A stretch of DNA of 64,000 nt, taken from assembly GCA_036476995.1 (NCBI GenBank), contig JAZGCO010000011.1:3706-67705 (forward strand), written 5' to 3'. Of this stretch, positions 7,711-17,590 are shown one piece after another. Source of the DNA: Gemmatimonadota bacterium. GTDB lineage: Bacteria > Gemmatimonadota > Gemmatimonadetes > Palauibacterales > Palauibacteraceae. The translations under genes and the position numbers were made by a program. How positions within the stretch are numbered: position 1 is the first letter of the stretch; each line of letters starts with the position of its first letter. The notes below the pieces were generated by a model. It had not been told where the DNA came from. It searched no databases and saw nothing but the letters and a program-made list of their open reading frames with translations.

Positions 7711-9941
7711 GCGGTCTCCACGTTCGGGCGCACATACGGCCTCGCCATGAGCTTTCGACGCCTGAACAGCCTGCCCACGCCGAGCAAAACGATCAGGACC
7801 GGTAGGCCGATCAGGTTGAGATACTTGACCGAGTTCCGGGTGGTGTCGCTGTCAAACAAGAGCGGCGGCGGCCGCCTCGACTTGGCCCGGATCGATATGA
7901 GCGACTCCTCCTCGGCCAGCCAATCCACGGCATTCTCAAAGAACCGGAGATTATCCGGCTGCGCCTGAACGAACCGCTCGGTCGCAAAAGCCGCGTTTCC
8001 GACCACGACCAGCCGACCCCGTCCACTCTCTTCCGGCGGAAGCACAGCCGCCGCCAGCGGTCTGCGCGACAAGTCGGATCCCATGTTGTTCCAATTGAGC
8101 TGCGGAGCAATCGGAGCGCTGCCCTCGAGGATGCCGCCCGCCTCTGAAGTTGCCAGCAACGGGATGACGCGATCGGCGGCCGCCGCGGACAGATCTAGTG
8201 GACTGGCCCACGGCAGCAGGACTCCGCTGATCTGATCTACAATCACGTGGGCTGCCGCCGCCCGGGCCACAGGCCACAGGGGGTACGGCACGAGGAAGCT
8301 CAATCCCGAGGCGGTGGGCTGCGTCACGTTGCCGTTCGAACGCAGGTCGAACACGACCGCTGCCGGTACCGAGACGCCGTACAGTCCCAGGAGAGAATCC
8401 AGGACGGGATGCGGCTGCGACGATGTGAACAGACGATTTTCGTCGATTCCCACGCCGGTGATGGCAATCAGGGTGTTTCCGCCCCCGCTCAGAAACTCAC
8501 CCACCGCCTGGCCCGCCGTCTCCGTCAGCGGCCGGGTCGGGCCTCCGATGATGAGTACGTCGATCGAATCCGGGATCATCGGCGCGCTGTCGGCCAGCGC
8601 CACCGCAGTCACCTCATAATTCTGCCGCAGCCGCTCAGCGACAGGTCCGAGCTGCGCCTCGATGTCCAGCTCCCCGTGGCCGGTCAAGAATCCCAGGCGT
8701 GTGGTTCGCGGCTCGGTCATTCCTCGAATGAGGCTCGTCAGCCGATACTCCAGATCCGCGGTCTGCTGTACGAACGGGATCGTCTCGAGCTGGTCCGCAT
8801 ACTGAATCGCGAGCCCCAGATATCCCTGCCGTACCTGGAGTTCATCCTGGCCCAGCACATTGAACTGGATGGCGGGGATCCGCAGCCGATCCGCCTCGGC
8901 CCGGTCCTCGTTCTTGCCTTCAGGGCTGAGCCGTGAGTATTCGATATTGGGCCCGGAAGCAGCGTAGTCCGACAGCAGATCATCGAGGTCTCTCTGCACC
9001 AGTGCCATCTGCGGGGGCAGGTCCCGCGAGGCGAACAGGCGAATGCTCACCAGGTCGTCCAGGTCGCGCAGGACCTTTTTCGTCGGCTCCGACAGCGTGT
9101 ACGCGCCGCCCGGAGTCAGGTCCAGCCGACCACGAATGTGCTGTCCCAGCAGGTTGACTACGAGGCAGATCGCCAGAATGCCCACCGTTCCGATCCACAG
9201 GCGCCGATAGACGCTGCCGCCGCGGTTCAGCCGGTCTCGTTCCAGAGCCAGATGGGCCAGGCTCAGGAAGCCTGCCGTGAGGCTCACGTAGTACACGACA
9301 TCCCGCAGATCGATGACGCCACGGGCGATGTTATCGAAGTGCGTGAGAAGTCCGAGCCTCGTGGCCACCGCGGCGAGGGTGCCCGGAAGGCCGAGCAACA
9401 CGATGTCGAGTGTGATGGCGATCAGCACGAAAATAACCGTCACTGCCACGATGAACGCCGTGATCTGATTCCGGGTCAGAGCCGATGCCCACAGCCCGAT
9501 GGCGACCAGGCCGCTGGTCAGCAGTACGGCGCCGACGTACTGAGCGAACGCCACTCCGCCGAACGGCTCGCTTCCAATGATGAGCGCCACGAAAGCGCCT
9601 GCCGTACCGGCCACGGCCAGGGCCAGGAAACCCATAACGCCCAGGAACTTGCCGAGAAGCACTTCGAGTCCGCGGATGGGCTGCGCTTGGAGCAGCTCCA
9701 GGGTTCCCCGGGCACGCTCCTCGGCCAGTGACCGCATCGTGACCGCGGGCACGAAGAACAGCAGCAGCCACGGTAGGAGATCGAACATCGGCCGAAGCGT
9801 GGCTTCGCCGCTGATGAACACGGTCCGGAAATAGAAGAAGAAGTTAATCGCCAGGAATACGACCAGAAGGATGTACGCCGTTGGCTGATCGAAGAAGCTC
9901 CGGAACTCTCGCTTCGCGACGGTCAGGGTATTCTTGATCAT
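7707..9941 (-). CDS. Fusion protein: ABC-2 family permease (GldF-like) plus GldG-like ABC-transporter auxiliary domain
   Basis: 744 aa. The N-terminal roughly 240 aa have six TM helices of ABC-2 type (MIKNTLTVAKREFRSFFDQPTAYILLVVF...). A GldG-like periplasmic domain follows (TPGGAYTLSEPTKKVLRDLDDLVSIRLF...), with a C-terminal TM anchor (LNLIGLPVLIVLLGVGRLFRRRK). Confidence 0.7.
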   Translation of the reverse strand: MIKNTLTVAKREFRSFFDQPTAYILLVVFLAINFFFYFRTVFISGEATLRPMFDLLPWLLLFFVPAVTMRSLAEERARGTLELLQAQPIRGLEVLLGKFLGVMGFLALAVAGTAGAFVALIIGSEPFGGVAFAQYVGAVLLTSGLVAIGLWASALTRNQITAFIVAVTVIFVLIAITLDIVLLGLPGTLAAVATRLGLLTHFDNIARGVIDLRDVVYYVSLTAGFLSLAHLALERDRLNRGGSVYRRLWIGTVGILAICLVVNLLGQHIRGRLDLTPGGAYTLSEPTKKVLRDLDDLVSIRLFASRDLPPQMALVQRDLDDLLSDYAASGPNIEYSRLSPEGKNEDRAEADRLRIPAIQFNVLGQDELQVRQGYLGLAIQYADQLETIPFVQQTADLEYRLTSLIRGMTEPRTTRLGFLTGHGELDIEAQLGPVAERLRQNYEVTAVALADSAPMIPDSIDVLIIGGPTRPLTETAGQAVGEFLSGGGNTLIAITGVGIDENRLFTSSQPHPVLDSLLGLYGVSVPAAVVFDLRSNGNVTQPTASGLSFLVPYPLWPVARAAAAHVIVDQISGVLLPWASPLDLSAAAADRVIPLLATSEAGGILEGSAPIAPQLNWNNMGSDLSRRPLAAAVLPPEESGRGRLVVVGNAAFATERFVQAQPDNLRFFENAVDWLAEEESLISIRAKSRRPPPLLFDSDTTRNSVKYLNLIGLPVLIVLLGVGRLFRRRKLMARPYVRPNVETA

Positions 9942-10885
9942 GACGCCGCCTCCGTCAGGTCCCGGAAAAAGTCTTCCAGGCTCTCGTGCTCACGGCGCAG
10001 CTCCCACAGCACCCATCCGCGCTCCCCGGCCAGCCGAAAGACGTCAGGCCGAGGATCGGCCGAGCCCGCTCCGACGATGGCAATCTGATTCCGCCGTTGG
10101 CGCTGTTCGAGAACCTCGACCGTACCAACGGACTCGAGGTGTTCCAGACCGCTTCGTATCGCGGCGGGGTCGCCCTCGATCTCTGCGACTACGCGCAGCC
10201 CGCCACGCGCCGCACCGGAGAGAAGCGTGGCCACCGCACCGTCCGCGATGATCCGGCCCTGGTGCATGATTAGCAGCCGTCCGCAGGTGAGCTGCACCTC
10301 CTGCATGACGTGCGTGCTGAGGAGCACGGTTCGCTCCTCGCCCAGCCGCGTGATGAGCTTCCGAATCTCGACTCGCTGATTGGGATCCAGGCCCTCGGTC
10401 GGTTCATCGAGAATCAACACGTCGGGTTCCGAAAGGATCGCCTGAGCTAGTCCCATGCGCTGTCGGAACCCTTTGGAGAGCTGGTTGACGGGACGATAGT
10501 AGACGGACTCGAGCCCGGTTTCCGCCACGACGTCGCCGATGCGCCGCGCGCGTGTGGACCGGTCGAGCTGCCGTAATTCGCCGGCGTAGTCGAGATACTC
10601 AGACACGAGCATGTCGGGGTAGAGAGGGTTCGTCTCAGGCAGGTAGCCGATCCGCCGACGGGCCTCGATGGGGTCGCTGTCTATCGGCGAACCCCCAATC
10701 GACACCTGCCCGGAGTCTGGCTCTAGAACCTGAGTGATGAGGCGCATTGTCGTGGTCTTGCCCGCCCCGTTCGGACCGAGGAATCCGACCACTTCGCCGC
10801 GACCTATCTGGAACGACGCGTTGTCCACGGCGCGCACGCTCCCAAAGCTTTTCGTAACGTCTCGCAACTCGACCAGCGACATCAT
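9938..10885 (-). CDS. ABC transporter ATP-binding protein (GldA-like) of the permease/GldG/DUF4340 module
   Basis: It carries Walker A (GPNGAGKTTT), Q-loop, the ABC signature LSKGFRQRMGLAQA, Walker B (LILDEP) and the H-loop. The start is probably MMSLVELRDV (the track ORF starts at 10909). Confidence 0.85.
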   Translation of the reverse strand: MMSLVELRDVTKSFGSVRAVDNASFQIGRGEVVGFLGPNGAGKTTTMRLITQVLEPDSGQVSIGGSPIDSDPIEARRRIGYLPETNPLYPDMLVSEYLDYAGELRQLDRSTRARRIGDVVAETGLESVYYRPVNQLSKGFRQRMGLAQAILSEPDVLILDEPTEGLDPNQRVEIRKLITRLGEERTVLLSTHVMQEVQLTCGRLLIMHQGRIIADGAVATLLSGAARGGLRVVAEIEGDPAAIRSGLEHLESVGTVEVLEQRQRRNQIAIVGAGSADPRPDVFRLAGERGWVLWELRREHESLEDFFRDLTEAAS

Positions 10886-11066
10886 TCCCTTGGGTTTGGG
10901 GCAGCGCACAACTGTCGGCCGCAGCTACGGCCTAAGGGCCGCAAAAAGTATGGCTGGCCGCAACGCTGTCAAGCCGATTTTCGCTTGACCAAACACGTGC
11001 ACGTGGCAACCTTGTGCGCCCCGGCCACAGGTTCACTTCACGATCGTACCGAGAGGGCTTCAGTCC

Positions 11067-12053
11067 ATGCGAATTGTAATCGGAACCGCGAAAGGCCTGG
11101 TGACGGCCAGATGGGTGCCCGGCGAGCGCAAAGGCCAGATCGTCGCGCGGATGTTCGAGGGGGAAGCCGTCCAGGCGCTCGAGCGCTCCGGTGATCGTGT
11201 GGTCGCAGCGGTCGGATCTGGTATTCACGTAAGTAGGGACGGGGAAAGCTGGGAGTCCGTAGCGGATCCCGACGCCGGTGCGAGAGTCACCGCCCTGGCG
11301 GCTCACACGCAGGATCCGACTCTGCTGCTGGCCGGAACCCAGCCGGCCGGACTACACCGCAGCACGGATGCGGGCCAGACGTGGCACGAGATCGCTGGGT
11401 TCCGCACGCTCGGGGCCAATGGAGGTTGGAGCTCATACGGCGAAAACGGGCCGTACGTGGGGAGCGTGGCGCTGGACCCCACCAATCCAAACCGGTTATA
11501 CGCCGGTGTTCGCATAGGCGGCGTCTACCGCAGCGACGACTCGGGAGTCAGCTGGGTCTCGATCTCGGAGGGGTTGTTCGAAGACGTACACCGGCTGGTC
11601 GTGGACCCGATCGACAGCACCCGGATGTACGCGGCGACAGGGCGCGGGCTCCATGTCAGTATGGACAGAGGCGCCAGTTGGGCCACTCCCGACGGACCTC
11701 TGGGCGCGGACTACTGTGTCGCTATCGAGGCGATGGTGGAGAGCGGGTTCCGCCGCACGCACCTGCTGGTGTCGACCGCCGCCGTTCCAGCTGCCGTATG
11801 GGCCGCTGGCAAGTCTGCGGAGGCAGGGCTCCACCTGACACGGGACGCCGGCCGATCTTGGCAGAACGTCGATTTATCGTCGGGTCCGAAGCAGAAGGCG
11901 GCCCTAACCGCCCTGGCGGATGATCCCCAGCAGGCTGAGGCCGGGTTCGTCGGGACGAGCGGCGGCGCGCTCTATCACGGCCGGATTGAGGAACGCCAGT
12001 GGTCTAAGATCTTGTCCGGCCTTACAGCCATCACAGGAGTCATCGTCTGGTGA
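11067..12053 (+). CDS. BNR/Ycf48-like beta-propeller repeat protein
   Basis: It has repeated SxDxGxSW motifs (SRDGESWES, STDAGQTWHE, SDDSGVSWVS, SMDRGASWAT, TRDAGRSWQN) typical of BNR/sialidase-type or Ycf48-like propellers. Confidence 0.55.
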   Translation: MRIVIGTAKGLVTARWVPGERKGQIVARMFEGEAVQALERSGDRVVAAVGSGIHVSRDGESWESVADPDAGARVTALAAHTQDPTLLLAGTQPAGLHRSTDAGQTWHEIAGFRTLGANGGWSSYGENGPYVGSVALDPTNPNRLYAGVRIGGVYRSDDSGVSWVSISEGLFEDVHRLVVDPIDSTRMYAATGRGLHVSMDRGASWATPDGPLGADYCVAIEAMVESGFRRTHLLVSTAAVPAAVWAAGKSAEAGLHLTRDAGRSWQNVDLSSGPKQKAALTALADDPQQAEAGFVGTSGGALYHGRIEERQWSKILSGLTAITGVIVW

Positions 12054-12247
12054 GCGATCAGTTGTTTCTCGCGCTGCTGATCATCCTGGGCGTCCTGGCC
12101 CTGGGCTACGGCGTGTGGGCCGGCCTCGGGTATCCCGGATACTACGAGAAATATGAGAAGACTGGCCGCGCCCCGCGCGTATATCCGTTTCAACTGCTGA
12201 TCGACTGGGTGTTTGATCGGCTGATCCGAGGCCGGCAGCGCCCTTGA
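12050..12247 (+). CDS. Small hypothetical membrane protein (65 aa)
   Basis: ATGA overlap with the upstream BNR gene. One clear TM helix (LFLALLIILGVLALGYGVWAGL). No homolog recognised. Confidence 0.3.
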   Translation: MSDQLFLALLIILGVLALGYGVWAGLGYPGYYEKYEKTGRAPRVYPFQLLIDWVFDRLIRGRQRP

Positions 12248-12328
12248 TCGCGCTTCGATGTGCTGGAAGGCCTGTAAAGACTGCCTCCCGACCCTCTCCG
12301 GCGAATTCACCCGGATTCCGCCCGTAGG

Positions 12329-12952
12329 CTACTTCACGGACCAGGTGCAGGCCTCCGAGCCGCGGCCCTTACAACTCTCGTGCTGCACCAACCCGCCGTC
12401 CTTCTCATAGCGTTCGAGGCACTCCTGCATGGCCGCCGTGAGCATCGAGCACGCGAGTCCGTTCGCCACCTCCGACAGCACACAGTCCTCGACCGCAAGC
12501 TCCGGTGGTGATCGCGAGGTCGAAACGGCGCTGGACGGGCTGACGGCGCGAGCTATCCGGCCTGCCGAGCGGAGCATGAACCGCTCTCTGACCTGGGCCG
12601 GAAACAAGCGGCGGCCTACCCGCGTCAGGGCGAACTGGTCGTCGAAGTGTTGGCGGGCGAGCCTTGTTCCCGCAGCGGCGAACACCGCCTCTGCATCGGG
12701 TCTTCGTCCGATGAGCCGCAGGAGATCATTCAGTTCGCCTACCTCCAGCGTGTATCCACTGTCGCGCATGGACGTGTAGCGGCGAATCTGCGTGTCGATG
12801 ACTTCCGAAAGGCCGAGCCGGCGCGGCAGGCTCTGAGTAAATTCCTCGTCGTCGATCGTCTCACTGGGCGTGTCCGTGACCCGAAGCGATTCCAGAATCG
12901 CCAGGGCGACAACTGGCTGGACCGGCTTGCAGTTTCGTCTGCGATCGATCAT
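12329..12952 (-). CDS. Hypothetical protein with a C-terminal V4R (4-vinyl reductase)-like cysteine motif
   Basis: The C-terminus ...LACSMLTAAMQECLERYEKDGGLVQHESCKGRGSEACTWSVK resembles the conserved Cys-x-G...C...G...C-aromatic ending of V4R hydrocarbon/small-molecule binding domains. The start is uncertain. Confidence 0.35.
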   Translation of the reverse strand: MIDRRRNCKPVQPVVALAILESLRVTDTPSETIDDEEFTQSLPRRLGLSEVIDTQIRRYTSMRDSGYTLEVGELNDLLRLIGRRPDAEAVFAAAGTRLARQHFDDQFALTRVGRRLFPAQVRERFMLRSAGRIARAVSPSSAVSTSRSPPELAVEDCVLSEVANGLACSMLTAAMQECLERYEKDGGLVQHESCKGRGSEACTWSVK

Positions 12953-13033
12953 AGGTATCCCAGCCTAGCCGCGGTCTTAGCTGGCGGCAAGCGTAACGGC
13001 GAGCTGTTGTCGCGCTAGGTCCACTTCGCCATA

Positions 13034-15556
13034 ATGGCGGCCAAACGGCCCCATGTGACGAGAGAATCCACCGAAAACATGTACGACCCGAAGGACGTCG
13101 AGGAACGCTGGCAGGCGTTCTGGAAACAGAACCGGACCAACGAGCCGAGCCTGAGCCAGGCGGCCGATCCGTTCTTCAACCTGATGATGTTCCCGTATCC
13201 TTCGGCGGAAGGTCTACACGTCGGGAACCTGTATGCGTTTACAGGCGCCGACGTGTACGGCCGCTTTCAACGTCTGCGCGGCCACGACGTGTTTCAGCCG
13301 GTCGGATTCGACGCGTTCGGGATTCACTCCGAGAACTTCGCCCTTAAGGTCGGGATCCATCCCATGGATCTCATTCCGGCCAACATCATGAATTTCACCC
13401 GGCAGCTGAAGCGGTCCGGGATCATGTACGACTGGACCCACACTGTCGATACGACGGATCCCGAGTACTACCGCTGGACCCAGTGGATCTTTCTCCAGCT
13501 CTACAAGGCAGGACTGGCCGAAAAGAAAGAAGCGGCGGTCAACTGGTGTCCCTCGTGCAAGACGGTACTCGCCAACGAGCAGGTCATATCTGGCCGGTGC
13601 GAACGGTGCCATTCCGCCGTCGGACAGAAGACCCTCAGCCAGTGGTTTTTCAAGATCACCCAGTATTCGCAGCGCCTCCTGGACAACCTCGAGTGGATAG
13701 ACTGGTCTGAGACGACGCGGATGGCCCAGCGCAACTGGATCGGCCGCTCCGAGGGAGCCACGCTTCGTTTCCAGGTCGCGGAGGGGAGCGAGGAGGCGGT
13801 GAGCGTCTTCACGACGCGGCCGGATACGGTGTACGGTGCCACTTTTCTCGTGCTGGCGCCCGAACATCCGCTCGTATATCGCTTTGTGCCGGAGTCGCAC
13901 CGCGCGACCGTGGACGAGTATCTGGCGGCTACGGCAGAGCTCGATCTCGTCGAGCGAAAGAAGACCGACAAGGAGAAGAGCGGGGTCTTCACCGGTGGCT
14001 CAGCCGTGAATCCGGCCACGGGCGAGAGCGTTCCCGTCTGGATCGCCGACTACGTGCTCATGGAGTACGGGACGGGAGCCATCATGGCCGTCCCGGCACA
14101 TGATCAGCGGGATTTTGAGTTCGCCCGGGCCTACGATCTTCCGATTCGGCCCGTTGTAGCACCGGCCGGTAGCGTAGATCAGGGCTCAGACTCCGCCGAT
14201 CTCTCCGTGCCTGCCATAGACGCCGCCTTCGTAGAGCACAGCGCCGACGAAGTACTCATCAATTCCGGTCCGTTCAGCGGCCGGGCGGCGACCGAAGCCG
14301 GCGAGGCCATCGTCGAATCGCTGGCAGAACGGGATCTGGGTGAGCCTTCCGTCAACTACCGACTGCACGACTGGTGTATTTCTCGTCAACGATACTGGGG
14401 GTCGCCGATCCCCGTCGTGTACTGCGACGAGTGCGGAATCGTGCCCGTCCCCGAGAGCGACCTTCCGGTCGTGCTCCCCCGCCTCGAGCAGTTCAAGCCG
14501 AGCGACGACGGCATCGCGCCCCTGGCGAAGAGCGCGGAGTTCTACCGCGTCGAGTGTCCTGAGTGTGGGGTGGAGGCGCGACGCGAAACCGACGTCTCCG
14601 ATACGTTCCTGGACAGCGCCTGGTACTTCCTGCGCTACCCGAGCACGGATGTCAGCGACCGCGCCATGGACGCTGATCGAACCCGCCGGTGGCTACCCGT
14701 CGATATGTACATCGGGGGAGAAGAACACGCGGTCCTGCATCTCCTCTATTCCCGGTTCATTACCATGGCCCTTAGCGACCTCGGTTATGTGGACTTCGAA
14801 GAGCCGTACAAGAAATTCCGCAAACACGGCCTGCTGATTCGCGACGGGTCGAAGATGTCCAAATCGCGCGGCAACGTCGTGATTCCGGACCAGTACATAG
14901 GATCTCACGGCGCGGACACGTTCCGAGCCTACCTGATGTTTCTGGGGCCATACACGGTTGGCGGCGACTTCCGCGACCAGGGAATCTCGGGTCCGCACCG
15001 GTTTCTTCATAAGGTTTGGGATGCCGTGCACTCGTGTGTGGAAGCGGCAGCCGGGGCTGGCGACGGCGGTGGTAGGGAACTCGATGAGGACATTGAGCGG
15101 AAACTCCACCAGACGATCAAGCAGATCACGGAGGACTTCGCGGAGCTTTCGTTCAATACCGGTGTTGCGGCCCTCATGGAGTACTTAAACGCAATCAGGG
15201 CCCAAGGAAGAACACCGCTGCGACCCGAGGTCGAGCCACTCGTAATCATGCTGGCCCCGGTCGCGCCGCACCTGTGCGAGCAGCTATGGGAAGTGCTCGG
15301 CGGCCAGCCCAGCCTGTTCGACGAAGCCGTCTGGCCGGAATACGACGCCTCAAAGCTCGTGGCCGACTCGGTCCGCATACCCGTTCAGGTCAACGGCAAG
15401 CTGCGGGGCACCGTCCAGGTGTCGCGGGGGGCGAGCGCGGATACGGTGCGGGACGCGGCCATGGCGGAGGAGGGGGTGCGCCGGCACCTTGAAGGTGTGG
15501 AAGTTCGCAAGACGATCCATGTTCAGGACCGCCTTCTCAATCTCGTGGTCGGCTAG
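13034..15556 (+). CDS. leuS: Leucyl-tRNA synthetase
   Basis: 840 aa with a class I HIGH-type motif (PYPSAEGLHVGN), KMSKS (KMSKSRGNVV) and a CP1 editing domain. An alternative start is M at about 13079. Confidence 0.95.
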   Translation: MAAKRPHVTRESTENMYDPKDVEERWQAFWKQNRTNEPSLSQAADPFFNLMMFPYPSAEGLHVGNLYAFTGADVYGRFQRLRGHDVFQPVGFDAFGIHSENFALKVGIHPMDLIPANIMNFTRQLKRSGIMYDWTHTVDTTDPEYYRWTQWIFLQLYKAGLAEKKEAAVNWCPSCKTVLANEQVISGRCERCHSAVGQKTLSQWFFKITQYSQRLLDNLEWIDWSETTRMAQRNWIGRSEGATLRFQVAEGSEEAVSVFTTRPDTVYGATFLVLAPEHPLVYRFVPESHRATVDEYLAATAELDLVERKKTDKEKSGVFTGGSAVNPATGESVPVWIADYVLMEYGTGAIMAVPAHDQRDFEFARAYDLPIRPVVAPAGSVDQGSDSADLSVPAIDAAFVEHSADEVLINSGPFSGRAATEAGEAIVESLAERDLGEPSVNYRLHDWCISRQRYWGSPIPVVYCDECGIVPVPESDLPVVLPRLEQFKPSDDGIAPLAKSAEFYRVECPECGVEARRETDVSDTFLDSAWYFLRYPSTDVSDRAMDADRTRRWLPVDMYIGGEEHAVLHLLYSRFITMALSDLGYVDFEEPYKKFRKHGLLIRDGSKMSKSRGNVVIPDQYIGSHGADTFRAYLMFLGPYTVGGDFRDQGISGPHRFLHKVWDAVHSCVEAAAGAGDGGGRELDEDIERKLHQTIKQITEDFAELSFNTGVAALMEYLNAIRAQGRTPLRPEVEPLVIMLAPVAPHLCEQLWEVLGGQPSLFDEAVWPEYDASKLVADSVRIPVQVNGKLRGTVQVSRGASADTVRDAAMAEEGVRRHLEGVEVRKTIHVQDRLLNLVVG

Positions 15557-15565
15557 GCTGCCGCA

Positions 15566-16426
15566 GTGGATGCCATCGCCAGGACCGGCTGGCTACCAGG
15601 CGGAAACCGCCCTCTTCCCGCACAGGCTGTTCTGGTCTGTGTCATGTCGCTGGCAGGCGCCATCGCACTGAGTCTTCTCTGGCCCGCTTCTGCCAGTCAA
15701 TTTGTCGTGCTACCGTGGCTCCTGGCTCTGGTCCCGCCATTTCTGCTGGCCAGCCATCGAGGGTGGACCGGTGCAGCGATCGGATTCCTGGCCGCTCTTG
15801 CAGCGCTCCTTCTAGTAGACATGGTCGAGGCACGAAGCCTCGCAGAGACAGGCGCCGGGCAGTTCGCCATGACCCTGTCCCTGGGGCTCGCCGCGCTCAG
15901 TCTGGGAGCGGGTGCGGTCAGCGAACTCCTGCACCGGAAGCATGAACGAGCCCTCGGGATGGCTTACGTCGATACGTTGACTGGTCTGCCCAATCGCCAC
16001 GTTCTCGAGTTCTTCCTGGAGAAGACGTTTGCGGCAGCACAGCGAGGGAGGCGGCTCGCCCTGATCATGTGGGATCTGGATGGTTTCAAGGCCTATAACG
16101 ACGCCAACGGACACCGGGCCGGTGACGCTGCGCTGCGAGAAGTCGGCCGTATCCTGGAGACAGAGTCGCCCAGCACGCTGGTCACGGGCCGATACGGTGG
16201 TGACGAATTTCTCTCCATCCTGCCCGGTGACGACGGCAGTGCAGCCACCAGCTTGATGCGCCGAGTCGGGGCCGCGCTGGCATCAGACGACCGTCTTCCG
16301 GGGGGAGCTTTCGCGATGAGTTCCGGCATGGCCGCGTACGACGAGTCGGTGGACGCCGTGGAGGATCTTGTCAAACTGGCGGATGCGGCACTCTACAAGA
16401 GCAAGCGGCGCGGATACGTCAGATAG
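15566..16426 (+). CDS. Membrane-anchored GGDEF diguanylate cyclase
   Basis: N-terminal hydrophobic helices followed by a GGDEF domain (LTGLPNRHV..., DLDGFKAYNDANGHRAGDAALREVG, RYGGDEFLSILPG). Confidence 0.8.
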   Translation: MDAIARTGWLPGGNRPLPAQAVLVCVMSLAGAIALSLLWPASASQFVVLPWLLALVPPFLLASHRGWTGAAIGFLAALAALLLVDMVEARSLAETGAGQFAMTLSLGLAALSLGAGAVSELLHRKHERALGMAYVDTLTGLPNRHVLEFFLEKTFAAAQRGRRLALIMWDLDGFKAYNDANGHRAGDAALREVGRILETESPSTLVTGRYGGDEFLSILPGDDGSAATSLMRRVGAALASDDRLPGGAFAMSSGMAAYDESVDAVEDLVKLADAALYKSKRRGYVR

Positions 16427-16694
16427 TTCCTTCCTGGCTAGTATCGATCGGAGAAGCCTCGCCTTCCGAGAATAGGAACGAGCGAATGTTGGCGTACAGG
16501 AACTCCTTTGCCGCTGGGTCACGAAGATTCAGGCCATAGTGGTTGATCAGAAGCATCTGATGCTTCTTCCACTCTTCCCAGCACACCGTGCAAATCTCCG
16601 CGGCTATCCGAGTGCCGAGTTCGTTCGGAAACGGCGGGCCTCCCATCGCGGAGACACCGTCCCGAGCGCAGCGGACACAGGTGAAGCGTTCCAT
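16419..16694 (-). CDS. yggX: Fe(II)-trafficking / oxidative-damage protection protein YggX
   Basis: 91 aa. It is collinear with E. coli YggX (FTCVRC...PFPNELGTRIAAEI...WEEWKKHQMLLINHYGLNLRDPAAKEFLYANIRSFLFSEG). Confidence 0.75.
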   Translation of the reverse strand: MERFTCVRCARDGVSAMGGPPFPNELGTRIAAEICTVCWEEWKKHQMLLINHYGLNLRDPAAKEFLYANIRSFLFSEGEASPIDTSQEGTI

Positions 16695-16708
16695 ACGAGA
16701 TCCTTGGG

Positions 16709-17581
16709 CTAGACGGGGACGACGAGCACGCTGCTCGCAGCATCCCCCATCAGACGCGCCGTAATCCCGCCGAGCTGGGCGCGTCCGGCGATTCCCGGCG
16801 CGGGGCTCCGCCCCGCGACAATCAAGTCGGCGGCCTCGGTCTCGGCCGTAGAGAGTATCCAGGCCGTAATAGGCCGGCCGGTGAGGATAATGGTCTGAAG
16901 CTCGAGGCCTTCGCGAAGATCTTCCGGGACTCTCTCAACCGCCTCCGCCCGCGCTGCCTCCTCGATCGCTCTCTGCGCCTGTTCGGCCTTCGCCGGGGCG
17001 TTCACCGCCTTGAGGTAGGCGTGGATTGGATTTGGTAGCGCATGAACGAGAAGTAGGCGGGCTCCGAAATGCCGTGCGAACCGCGCGCCTGTGGCCGCGA
17101 TCGGCGCACTGCCGGGCCTGAGATCCAGGGCCGCCAGGACCGTCTTGTCGCGAGTCTGCTGCGGTGGCCGCCACAGCAGAACGGGAACGGTGGCGCGGTC
17201 CACGATGCGCACAGCGGTGTCGCCCGCGTCGGTCCACGGAAAATGCCGCGGCCGGCGTGCCCCGATGACAATCAGGTCCGCTCCCTCCGACCGGGCTGCC
17301 TCATTCAAGACTTCGGATGCCCAGCCCTGGCCAACCAACAGGCGAGCGGACAGGTTTTCTTCGTCCGCCACCTGCTGGAGATTGGATTTGGCATCCAGCG
17401 CCATCTCACTGCTCAGGTCCAGCTCGGCGCCGAGTGCCTGGCGCAGGTAATTGGGCGCGACCTCGGGTTCTACGGCATGGAAAAGAACGAAGTCAGCGTC
17501 GGGGAAGCGGTCCACGGTCCAACGCATCGCGCTGATGGACGGGTCCGAGAAATCAATTCCAACAAGAATCTTTGTGAACAT
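16709..17581 (-). CDS. Tandem universal stress protein (two UspA domains)
   Basis: Two USP repeats, each with ...ILVGIDFSD.../...VLAALDLRP... and the ATP-loop-like ADLIVIGARRP / ADLIVAGRSP motifs. Confidence 0.8.
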   Translation of the reverse strand: MFTKILVGIDFSDPSISAMRWTVDRFPDADFVLFHAVEPEVAPNYLRQALGAELDLSSEMALDAKSNLQQVADEENLSARLLVGQGWASEVLNEAARSEGADLIVIGARRPRHFPWTDAGDTAVRIVDRATVPVLLWRPPQQTRDKTVLAALDLRPGSAPIAATGARFARHFGARLLLVHALPNPIHAYLKAVNAPAKAEQAQRAIEEAARAEAVERVPEDLREGLELQTIILTGRPITAWILSTAETEAADLIVAGRSPAPGIAGRAQLGGITARLMGDAASSVLVVPV

Positions 17582-17590
17582 CTGCCGAAG

